Shown in pieces: positions 28,330 through 36,584 of a stretch of 64,000 bases of DNA (position 1 is the first letter of the stretch; every line of letters begins with the position of its first letter). The position numbers and the translations under genes were made by a program. The notes beneath the pieces were generated by a model. The model saw nothing but the letters and a program-made list of their open reading frames with translations. It did no database searches and had not been told where the DNA came from. Where the stretch lies: the NCBI GenBank assembly GCA_049976505.1, contig JBMFIC010000004.1:27512-91511 (forward strand), written 5' to 3'. The stretch comes from Nitrososphaeria archaeon. Its GTDB lineage: Archaea > Thermoproteota > Nitrososphaeria > Conexivisphaerales > UBA164.

Positions 28330-29697
28330 TTAAATTTTTCTCTCTTTCTCCTTAATGCCCCCGTTCAGGAGCGTCTGAAGGAACGTGTCCCTAACAGGCC
28401 TGTAAACCCTCTCGAAGAAGAGCCTCTGGTCCTCAAGGTACTCGCGTGGAAACTTCCTCAGGTACTCAAGGGCCTCGTTCCAGGCCCTGTCGTAGCTTAC
28501 AATGGAGCTTATCTTCATAGCTATCTCCCTGTCGTAGTCCGATGGGGTCTGAACCCTGTCGCCTATCCTGAACAGCCCCGTCGAAGTATCGACAGGAGCC
28601 TCCTCGTTCCCAACCCTCTCAAAGACCTCCTTCCTCTGGCCTTCTTTCCCCTGCTCTGAGACTGGTGTCCTGGAGCCTCCCTTCCTGGCAGGCCCGTAGT
28701 ATTTAGCCCAGGCATAAAATATTGCCCTGTTGAGCCCGAAGGACTTGGCCCTGTTCAGGTCTCCCTTCAGAAGATAGTACCTGGCAGCCTGAAGCAGTCC
28801 CATTACCTGGAACCTTCCAGCTCCCACAGCAGCCCTCTGAGGCCTTGTCCTTACTGCACTCTGAGGGGACTGTGTTCCTGAGGGGGTGCTCTTCACCGCA
28901 AGCTCTGCGAGCTCATCCGCTTCACCCCTTTCAAACTCCCTCCAGTAGGGGCTGTGCCTAAAGCTCTCAGGATCAGCCCACTGTATGTCGAATGAGCTGA
29001 TCTCGTTTGGCTTGAAGACGACGCAGGAGAGGTTCAGGAAGCGGTGAAGGGAGAGGGGCACCGTGAAGAGCCTCTGTATGTCCATCCTGTTCTCAACCCT
29101 CAGCTCCCTCTCAGCGTTCTTCGCGGAGCGCGATAGCTGGCCAACCTTTTCGCTCACCTCCGATATTATGAGGTCGACGACGGCCCTTGCAACTTTGACA
29201 GGGCCATACCTCTGAAGGACCTCTTCGGAGAAGGCGTTCTCGTTGATGTGAACGTGCACGCCCCTGCCTGACCACTTCAGGTACACGGACTTTATGACCC
29301 CGTGCCTTTCGAGCGCCCCGACTATCTCCTCAGCTGCCTTCAGCGTTATCCTCCAGTCCTCCAGGGAGGCGTCAATGTCAAAGACAGGGGTAACCCTAAA
29401 CACGTTGCTCTCGTCCCTTAGCCCATCTGCTGCAAGTCTTCTGTACACGTTTGCGGTGGCGTAGATGGTCCTGAAGCTGAAGCGGGAGAACCTGTTGAAG
29501 AGCGAAATATAATCAGACTCGCTGCCTATTGAGAGAGGAACGCCCCTGTCGTACCTTATGAAGAGCCTCTCGCCCCCAGAGGGGGCCTCCAGAGCCACCC
29601 ATCTGCCCTTCGAGTACTCCACTATCTCCCTCTTCACGTCGTCCCTCATGTAATAGTCCCTTACCGCCTGAGGCTCCACGATGCCCTCTTCGCCCAT
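28330..29697 (-). CDS. Archaeo-eukaryotic primase (AEP) superfamily domain fused to an uncharacterised C-terminal domain
   Basis: Motif I VFDID, motif II KWSGRGVHVH, motif III MDIQRLFTVPLSLH. An S/T/P/Q-rich linker is followed by GRFQVMGLLQAARYY...SFGLNRAIFYAWAK. Confidence 0.75.
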   Translation of the reverse strand: MGEEGIVEPQAVRDYYMRDDVKREIVEYSKGRWVALEAPSGGERLFIRYDRGVPLSIGSESDYISLFNRFSRFSFRTIYATANVYRRLAADGLRDESNVFRVTPVFDIDASLEDWRITLKAAEEIVGALERHGVIKSVYLKWSGRGVHVHINENAFSEEVLQRYGPVKVARAVVDLIISEVSEKVGQLSRSAKNAERELRVENRMDIQRLFTVPLSLHRFLNLSCVVFKPNEISSFDIQWADPESFRHSPYWREFERGEADELAELAVKSTPSGTQSPQSAVRTRPQRAAVGAGRFQVMGLLQAARYYLLKGDLNRAKSFGLNRAIFYAWAKYYGPARKGGSRTPVSEQGKEGQRKEVFERVGNEEAPVDTSTGLFRIGDRVQTPSDYDREIAMKISSIVSYDRAWNEALEYLRKFPREYLEDQRLFFERVYRPVRDTFLQTLLNGGIKEKERKI

Positions 29698-29797
29698 CAA
29701 TCTTAAACGCAGTATGATCAAAATTTTTTGGTCTCGGGATAAACACGCGGAAAACCCGGATAAAGGATAAAGGACGTCAAATTTCCTATAATAATAT

Positions 29798-30805
29798 ATG
29801 ACAATCAGAATCGTGAGAACTGAGGAGGCCGTCGGAAAGAGGCTCGCCTACGACACAACGCTAGTGACCAAGGAGAAGGCCCAGGTTCTGCTGAGCAGGG
29901 GAAAAATCATAGAGGAGGAGGACGTCGAGAGGCTGAAAAGCTCGGGGGTCTACTACGTGTACGTTGAGGAGGAGGGAGAAAGCAAGGACCTGTGCTATGA
30001 GTGGGAGATCAGCGCCACGATCTGCCAGAGGATCATCGACGGTGAGACCCTTGAGTGCAGGCCGGCGAAGCAGGGAGCCGCGCTGATATACTCAAGGATC
30101 CCCGGCGTGGTTGAGGTAAACAGGGATGTTATGAGAATCGTTAACCTCTCGGGGCTTGCAATGCTGATAACCAGAAGGAGCGGAAGCGCCGTCGGGCAGG
30201 GCGAGCTCGTTGGTGTAGTTGACGCCCTCCCGCTTTACGCTGAGAGAAGGGCCCTGGACGATCTTCTGGGAAGGCTGAGCGCAGGGGTTGCGCTTAGGAG
30301 GTTCATCGTAAAGAGGATAGGGCTCGTCATAACTGGGACGGAGGTCTACGAGGGAAGGAAGAGGGACCAGTACGAGGAGGTCATCAGGAGCAAGGCCGAG
30401 AAGTACGGATGGGAGATAGCTGATAAGGTAATAGTTCCTGACGATGCTGACAGGATCAGGGCGGCCATAGGCTACATGCTCCAGAGGGCTGATGTGGTGA
30501 TAGTCACGGGAGGGATGTCTATCGATGCAACGGACAGGACCCCTGAGGCGATAAGATCCCTTGGAGCCGAAATATTATCGTACGGGCTCCCGATGAAGCC
30601 GACGACGATGTCGATGATAGCCTACTTGAACGGCAAGATAATATTTGGAATCTCCGCCGGCGGCATACACTACAGGGAGCTCAACTCAATAGACGTCTAC
30701 CTCACCAGGCTGATGGCAGGGTGGAGGCCAACTCGGGAGGAGATAGCGGAGATGGGAGATGGGGGCCTGATGCCGAACTTCAACCCCGAATCGAAGCTCC
30801 ACTGA
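29798..30805 (+). CDS. MoeA-like molybdopterin-binding protein
   Basis: AVGKRLAYDTT start, VITGTEVYEG, VTGGMSIDATDRTPEAI and YGLPMKP. Confidence 0.8.
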   Translation: MTIRIVRTEEAVGKRLAYDTTLVTKEKAQVLLSRGKIIEEEDVERLKSSGVYYVYVEEEGESKDLCYEWEISATICQRIIDGETLECRPAKQGAALIYSRIPGVVEVNRDVMRIVNLSGLAMLITRRSGSAVGQGELVGVVDALPLYAERRALDDLLGRLSAGVALRRFIVKRIGLVITGTEVYEGRKRDQYEEVIRSKAEKYGWEIADKVIVPDDADRIRAAIGYMLQRADVVIVTGGMSIDATDRTPEAIRSLGAEILSYGLPMKPTTMSMIAYLNGKIIFGISAGGIHYRELNSIDVYLTRLMAGWRPTREEIAEMGDGGLMPNFNPESKLH

Positions 30806-30829
30806 GCTCCTAAAGTTGTCCGAGCTGAC

Positions 30830-30920
30830 TCAAAGGATCACAACGCTGTTCCTGAACTGGCTGAGCCTTGTACACACCATCCTGATTTGGGAGCCCAAAG
30901 TCCGGCGCCTCCGAGCCAAC
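30830..30920 (-). pseudogene. Remnant of a BCP/AhpC-type peroxiredoxin N-terminus
   Basis: Reads VGSEAPDFGLPNQDG, then a frameshift, then RLSQFRNSVVIL*. It starts right at the IS end. Confidence 0.65.
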
Positions 30921-30921
30921 C

Positions 30922-30955
30922 TGACTTCTTCCCTGCCATGAAGGGCGATGATTGC
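30922..30955 (-). mobile_element. Degenerate solo IS200/IS605-type end
   Basis: TGACTTCTTCCCTGCCATGAAGGGCGA versus TGACCTCCTCCCCGCCATGAAGGGCGA at 12357. Confidence 0.6.
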
Positions 30956-31010
30956 CGTTCGTTGGTCAAACAAAACGATTTCATGAAACCTTGGAGAGCA
31001 GATACGACGC

Positions 31011-31301
31011 CTATTCGTTAATAACCCTCAGCTCGCCGTATCTTCCAACGTTGAGCCTCTTTACCCCTCTGTACGTGTTGACGTATCCGTTCCTTACCTC
31101 CACCGTGTCCCCTTCCTTTACCATGTCTATCTGCTCGTTCCAGAGGTTTAGGACTATGCTTCCTGATTCGTCCTCGAGGACGGCCTCAGCGACCCTAGAC
31201 TCGCCCCTTGACGTGTTAACGCTCTTTGCCTCGGAAATCTTCGTTATCCTGCCTATCACGCTCACGTTTCTGCTGTTCTCCCTTATCTCTGATATTTTCA
31301 A
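31011..31301 (-). CDS. ssb: Single-OB-fold single-stranded DNA-binding protein
   Basis: MKISEI...V.VIGRITKISE...VAEAVLEDESGSIVLNLW...GDTVEVRNGYV...LNVGRYG. Confidence 0.85.
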   Translation of the reverse strand: MKISEIRENSRNVSVIGRITKISEAKSVNTSRGESRVAEAVLEDESGSIVLNLWNEQIDMVKEGDTVEVRNGYVNTYRGVKRLNVGRYGELRVINE

Positions 31302-31430
31302 CGTGTCTACTTTCCGCTCTCCTGTATAAAAACATGTTGTTTTTCCCGAAAGCCCTGGCTGGACATAAAAACAGCTGGCGGACAGCCAAATGTTTATATA
31401 AAAAATATGATAATTTACTTTTTGTCGTTG

Positions 31431-32381
31431 ATGAACTGGCTAGCTTACAACCTTATCAGCTGGCTGATAGTCCTCGCTGCCATCCTCTCCCCGATCCTTA
31501 TACTCGTCTACCCAATAGGGCTAACGGGCCTCAGGTACGTCACGAGGTATGAGGCCCATAGCTCGCTGTTCTACAGGATGAACCCCGCAACAAAGCTCCT
31601 CCTTCTGATAGCGGCATCAGTGACCGCCTCAACGACGCTCTGGCAGATAAACGCCATCCTAAGCGTGGTCCTCCTCCTAAGCTACGCAACCTTCAGGGAC
31701 GGGAGGACCAAGCTCAGGCTCGGGTTCTGGATAATGCTTGCTACGGTGATCGGCATAACATGGACATACGCGCCATCGATGCCCCTCTTCTTCTTCAGGT
31801 TTGAGCACATAAAGCCGGTTGTACTTTGGGTGTGGCCACCATACTTCAGGATAATTGGAGTTAGGGTACTTACGCTTCAGGGGATCATTATAGGCCTTGA
31901 GAACTCCTGCAGGTACACGGCGCCCTTCGTCGTAGCCCTCCTTTTGATAATGACTACAACCCCGTCAGGAATACTCAGGTCGCTCAGGAAGCTCGGGGTT
32001 CCGGACGAGATAAACTTCGCAATAGTGGTGGCGATGAGAACCATCCCGAGGATATTCGATGCAATAGATCTCTCCGTTAAGGCCCAGTTTCTCAGGGGCC
32101 TGGGGTCGCGAGGATCAAAGCTGCTCTGGCCAGCCTACCTCCTTTACGCTCTTCTTGTTTCAGTCATGCCATCGTTCATCTATCTGCTGAAGAACGCGAG
32201 GAACACGGCCATAGCAGCCGATACAAGAGGGTTCAGGGCCATGCCCGAGAGGACATACCTTAACCCGATCAGGTTCACCCGGCTTGACCTGGCCACCATA
32301 TCCCTGACGCTGCTCATGCTGGCCATCACGTTCTACCTGATCTACCTCGGTTACGGCAGCCCGATCCTGAGCTTTCCCTGA
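31431..32381 (+). CDS. Orphan ECF T component
   Basis: RMNPATKLL, SVKAQFLRG and IAADTRGF motifs. No ATPase or S gene adjacent. Confidence 0.8.
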   Translation: MNWLAYNLISWLIVLAAILSPILILVYPIGLTGLRYVTRYEAHSSLFYRMNPATKLLLLIAASVTASTTLWQINAILSVVLLLSYATFRDGRTKLRLGFWIMLATVIGITWTYAPSMPLFFFRFEHIKPVVLWVWPPYFRIIGVRVLTLQGIIIGLENSCRYTAPFVVALLLIMTTTPSGILRSLRKLGVPDEINFAIVVAMRTIPRIFDAIDLSVKAQFLRGLGSRGSKLLWPAYLLYALLVSVMPSFIYLLKNARNTAIAADTRGFRAMPERTYLNPIRFTRLDLATISLTLLMLAITFYLIYLGYGSPILSFP

Positions 32382-32414
32382 AGAACATTTTTATCGGGAA
32401 GCAGAATTATAGCC

Positions 32415-33680
32415 GTGAGCCTGTCAAGAATAGCGGAGGAGTCGCCCTGGACCTCAACGCATGCGCTGCTCCTGATCTCCTTCAGCGTGAGCTCTGCTGT
32501 TGAGGCATACGTCTACTCGCTACCTTACATAGCTGAGACCTGGGCAAGTTTCAGTCCCCCCTTGCTGGCCCTCTTCTCAGCCTGGGCTCCTCTGTGGATC
32601 CTGCTTGGAGGGGCGTTCGCGGGCCCCATCTCCGATGCCCTGGGAAGGAAGAGAGCCTTCTACCTCGCCATGACGATGTACGTTGCAGGAGGAACAGCTC
32701 TGATCCTCAGCGCAGGCCCCCTAGAAATCCTTGCCTCGCTCTCAGTTCTTCTTTTCGCTGCGGGGGGAGAGTACCAGAACGTGCTCGTTGCTGCGCATGA
32801 GCTGGCGCCGAGAAGGAGAAGGAGCGCCATGCTCTTCCTTGCCCTCAACTTCACCAACCTTGGCGGAGCCCTTGCTGCACTTCTCTCCCTGATGAGCTAC
32901 ACTGATCCCGATCATCAGAGGATCGTCCTCGGGGCAACCGTTGTGATCTCGGCGGCCCTGCTTGCCATAATGAGGAACAGGATGCCAGAGTCCGTTGCGT
33001 GGCTGGAGAGGAAGGGCAGAGCCGACGAGGCAGAAAGGGAGATCAGAAGGTACTACGGAGGCATCAGCGCGCTGAGCGCCCAGCACGAAAGGATCGAGCT
33101 TCCCGGCGTACTCTTCAGGATTGCGGTAGGAGGGCTTCTAGGGTGGTCCTACACATCTGTCCTCAGCCTCGTTGTCCTTGCGCTCGGGCCGTACTTCTAT
33201 CCATCCATGACGGCTCTCATAATATTCGCGGCCGGGATCTCCATGTTCGTCAGCGGGCTGATAGGCGTTGTTGCTGACAGGATGAGCAGGAAGGCGCTGC
33301 TTCTTGCGTCTTCCATCCTGTCGCTTCTCACGCTCACCGCAATGGCCCTAACCCAAGACATCTGGGCAGAAAACTTTATCCTCTTCATCATTCTGCTCAT
33401 GCTCTTCTCAGCTCTACTCAACGTGTTCTTCCTGAGCGAGGACGCCCTCAAGTCCGAGTTCTGGCCCACCAGGAGGAGAGGGCTGTACACCTCTGCGGTC
33501 AGGATTATCTCGCTGGGCGGATCAATTCCGGTCCTGGTCATAGCCGCAGGACTGAGCGAAACGGAGTACTTCGCGCTCGCTATGCTCGCCATGCTGGTGG
33601 GCGTGGTGTGCTCAGTACTCTGGTTCAGGTACGGTCCTGAGACAGGCAGAGGAGCAAGCATAAGCTCATGGGACCTTTAG
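32415..33680 (+). CDS. MFS transporter (sugar-porter-like)
   Basis: GPISDALGRKR, ELAPRRRRS, MPESVAWL and ADRMSRK. Confidence 0.85.
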   Translation: MSLSRIAEESPWTSTHALLLISFSVSSAVEAYVYSLPYIAETWASFSPPLLALFSAWAPLWILLGGAFAGPISDALGRKRAFYLAMTMYVAGGTALILSAGPLEILASLSVLLFAAGGEYQNVLVAAHELAPRRRRSAMLFLALNFTNLGGALAALLSLMSYTDPDHQRIVLGATVVISAALLAIMRNRMPESVAWLERKGRADEAEREIRRYYGGISALSAQHERIELPGVLFRIAVGGLLGWSYTSVLSLVVLALGPYFYPSMTALIIFAAGISMFVSGLIGVVADRMSRKALLLASSILSLLTLTAMALTQDIWAENFILFIILLMLFSALLNVFFLSEDALKSEFWPTRRRGLYTSAVRIISLGGSIPVLVIAAGLSETEYFALAMLAMLVGVVCSVLWFRYGPETGRGASISSWDL

Positions 33681-33765
33681 GCTCAGTGCTGTCCGGGACA
33701 GCGTGTACTCCTGCTAAAGCAAGCAGGGGAAAGCTTTTGAAAGAGAAGGGCCGAATTTTTGGACG

Positions 33766-34623
33766 TTGAGGATCGTAGTCGTCTCTGACTGCATTCTGGA
33801 CGTGTACTTTGTGCTGAGCGATGTCAGGGTGAAAAGGATCACGGTTGCACGCAGCGCAGTTTTCTCCCCAGGCGGCGCGTGCACCACGGCTATTGCTGCT
33901 CAGAGGGCCGGCGCTGAGGCCCTGATCGTCGACGACACTGGATCCGATGAAGCTGGATTCATCCTGAAAACGATGCTATCGCGGCTGGGACTTAAAATCG
34001 AGGGGATAGCTGAGAGGAAGGACCTCAGCACCCCTGTCTGCGCAAACCTCCTCTTTAAGGACGGCACGCACTCATTCGTGGGAAGCATGCCCAACAGGAT
34101 ATCGGGGCTGGCAGAGAGGATCGAAGGGCTTGGAAGGTATGAGGCGCTGTTCTTCAACGGATACGCCCTGCTTGCAAACCCGGAGCTGCCTGAGATTGCA
34201 GACAGGCAGAGGGAGAGAGGTGTGAGGGTTTTCTTTGACCCCGGACCACTGAGGCTAGAAGGAAAGCTGAGAGAGAGGATGTGCGAGGTCTCGGATTTTA
34301 TAATTCCGAACGAGAGCGAGTCCAGGAGCTGGACTTTCTGCAGGAAGGCAGCCCTCGTGATAAAGCTCGGAAGGAGGGGAGCGAGGGTGATTGCGGATGA
34401 CAGGATCAGGTGGATAAGGCCGTTCAGAGCGGACAGCGTTGTAACAGGCGTGGGGGCTGGGGACACGTTTGACGGTGCTTTCATGGCCGAGTATCTGAGG
34501 AGCGGGGACGCTGTAAGGGCGGCGGCCTTCGCCTCCGCGGCGGCATCCCTAAAGCTCAGGGGAATAGGGGCTGGATCGATCCCGAATAGGCAGGAGGTTG
34601 AAGGGCTGCTTGGGGATGACTGA
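33766..34623 (+). CDS. PfkB family carbohydrate/nucleoside kinase
   Basis: PGGACTTA, FFDPGP, IKLGRRGA and GAGDTFDGAF anion-hole motif. Confidence 0.9.
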   Translation: MRIVVVSDCILDVYFVLSDVRVKRITVARSAVFSPGGACTTAIAAQRAGAEALIVDDTGSDEAGFILKTMLSRLGLKIEGIAERKDLSTPVCANLLFKDGTHSFVGSMPNRISGLAERIEGLGRYEALFFNGYALLANPELPEIADRQRERGVRVFFDPGPLRLEGKLRERMCEVSDFIIPNESESRSWTFCRKAALVIKLGRRGARVIADDRIRWIRPFRADSVVTGVGAGDTFDGAFMAEYLRSGDAVRAAAFASAAASLKLRGIGAGSIPNRQEVEGLLGDD

Positions 34624-34775
34624 GATAATTTTCAATTTATTACATTGATTTATTTATATCTTAAGCTGTTATGAGCTTTTGGTGGACTTTTCTTAAAATT
34701 ATTAGCAATTTTTAACTTTCATACAGATCCAGGAAGCAAAAATTTTATATATGATTATACAGGTAATATAATAAA

Positions 34776-36449
34776 ATGTCCTCAGAGGAAAAGAGGAAGC
34801 TAGCTCAGGAAATAGACAGGGTCGCAATAACTAAGTTCTACCCGGACAGGGGCTACGTGGAGCTCACAAGGGGCTTCCCTGAGGAGAGCTACCTCTGGAA
34901 TGAGGACTTCCACCCGACGCCGGTGAAGTACAGGAACTGGGGAACGCTCACGTACTTCGCAATCTGGTTCGGCATGTCCATGGAGGTTGAGTCCTGGGCA
35001 TTGGTCTCCATAGCCTACTCCTTTGGGCTGAACTGGTTCTGGGGACTTATGGCGGTGCTCCTTGGAAACCTGATAGTGCTCATCCCGATAATCATAATCA
35101 GCCACGGTGGTGCCAGGTTTGGGATTCCCGAGACCGTCATCACGAGATCGAGATGGGGAGTTTACGGGGCGTGGATACCGAATATAATCAGGGGGATAAT
35201 AGGCGCTGGATGGTGGGGCATAGACACGTGGATCATAGCTGAGTCCTTCGGGGCCATGTACGTAATCCTTACCCATCAGGTTCACACGCTGCTCACCCTG
35301 GCCCAGCAGCAGCCATATCTGCTGCCCTTCCTTGTATCTACGATAAACCCAGGGCTGTTCTGGACCGTGTTCATCGTGACCATAATAGCTAGGATAATCC
35401 TGCTGTACTTTTCCCCACCAAGGACCGGGCAAAGGGTACTTCAGATAGTGAGCTGGAGCGTGCCGTTCATAGCGTTCGTGGGGTTCTTCATAACGTTCTT
35501 CTACGTAATGAGCGAGGCCAGCTGGAACTGGACAGGCATACTGGCTATTCCTAACACGGTATCAGGCTCGGCGTTCTGGTTCGCGCTTATTGGGCTCATA
35601 AACGCAAACGTTGCCTTCTGGGCCACGATGGCCATGAGCATGCCAGACTACAGCAGGTTCGCCAAGAGCCAGTTCGCTCAGACCTTCGGACAGATACCCA
35701 TGCCGCTCCTGATGACCGCCATAGGCGCGTTCGGCCTCGTGACTACCGGGGCATCGATAACAGTGTTCAAGTTCCCCATATGGGACCCGATAGTGCTCAC
35801 CGCCCTCGCGGTGACTAACCCAGCCCTTGCGGTATTTGGGCTGTTCCTGCTCATGCTGGGGGTTATCGTGGTCAACATATACGCGGACACGGTTGGGCCT
35901 GCCTACGACTTTGCCAACCTGTATCCGAAGAAGATAAGCTGGTTCAGAGGGGTCATTATAGTGATACTTATAGCTGCGCTTCTTCAGTCATGGACATACT
36001 ATTTCAGCGCCTTCAGCTACGTCGAGAGCTGGCTGCTTACGTACGGAGCCCTGCTAGGAGGGGTTGAGGGCGTTATCATATTCGACTACGCTGTGATAAG
36101 GAGGTTCAAGTTCGAGCTCCCGGACAACTACCTGACATACGGGAGGTTCAGGTACTGGAGGGGCATAAACCCCGCAGCGGTCATCGCCTTCGTCATCTCG
36201 ATGGTCCTGGTGTTCCCGCCAAACACCTATCTGCCCACTTCAGCATCCCAGCTTTATCCGGGACAGGCCTGGGTCTTCCAGAACGCCTGGATCTCGGCAA
36301 TACTGATAGCAGGCATAATCTACATGATACTGATGAAGTTCTGGATAATACCGAAGTACCAGCCGGAGCTCAAGGGAGGGCTCCTGAGGGGATACATAGC
36401 GGACGACACGAAGCTGATATTCTCCGGAGGAACCAAGGAGAGCTCCTGA
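34776..36449 (+). CDS. NCS1 nucleobase/allantoin/hydantoin permease
   Basis: WNEDFHPTP, GARFGIPETVITRSRWG, WATMAMSMPDYSRFAKSQ and NIYADTV. Confidence 0.9.
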   Translation: MSSEEKRKLAQEIDRVAITKFYPDRGYVELTRGFPEESYLWNEDFHPTPVKYRNWGTLTYFAIWFGMSMEVESWALVSIAYSFGLNWFWGLMAVLLGNLIVLIPIIIISHGGARFGIPETVITRSRWGVYGAWIPNIIRGIIGAGWWGIDTWIIAESFGAMYVILTHQVHTLLTLAQQQPYLLPFLVSTINPGLFWTVFIVTIIARIILLYFSPPRTGQRVLQIVSWSVPFIAFVGFFITFFYVMSEASWNWTGILAIPNTVSGSAFWFALIGLINANVAFWATMAMSMPDYSRFAKSQFAQTFGQIPMPLLMTAIGAFGLVTTGASITVFKFPIWDPIVLTALAVTNPALAVFGLFLLMLGVIVVNIYADTVGPAYDFANLYPKKISWFRGVIIVILIAALLQSWTYYFSAFSYVESWLLTYGALLGGVEGVIIFDYAVIRRFKFELPDNYLTYGRFRYWRGINPAAVIAFVISMVLVFPPNTYLPTSASQLYPGQAWVFQNAWISAILIAGIIYMILMKFWIIPKYQPELKGGLLRGYIADDTKLIFSGGTKESS

Positions 36450-36584
36450 AGCATTCTGCAATTTTTTATTTCTTTATTCATTCTTTCTGATCCTGGGGCG
36501 TCAGGATTCCTGATCGAAGCTTCGACCGTTTGGCTCGGCTTCAAAAAATTTTAAATATGTGAGCGTTCAATTTGATTTTTACCT

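Noticed and set aside
36498-36507. 10-bp match between the CRISPR spacer (TCCTGACGCC) and the XDH upstream region
   Set aside because: The match does not extend, and a 10-mer hit is expected by chance for a 54-nt query in 64 kb on both strands.
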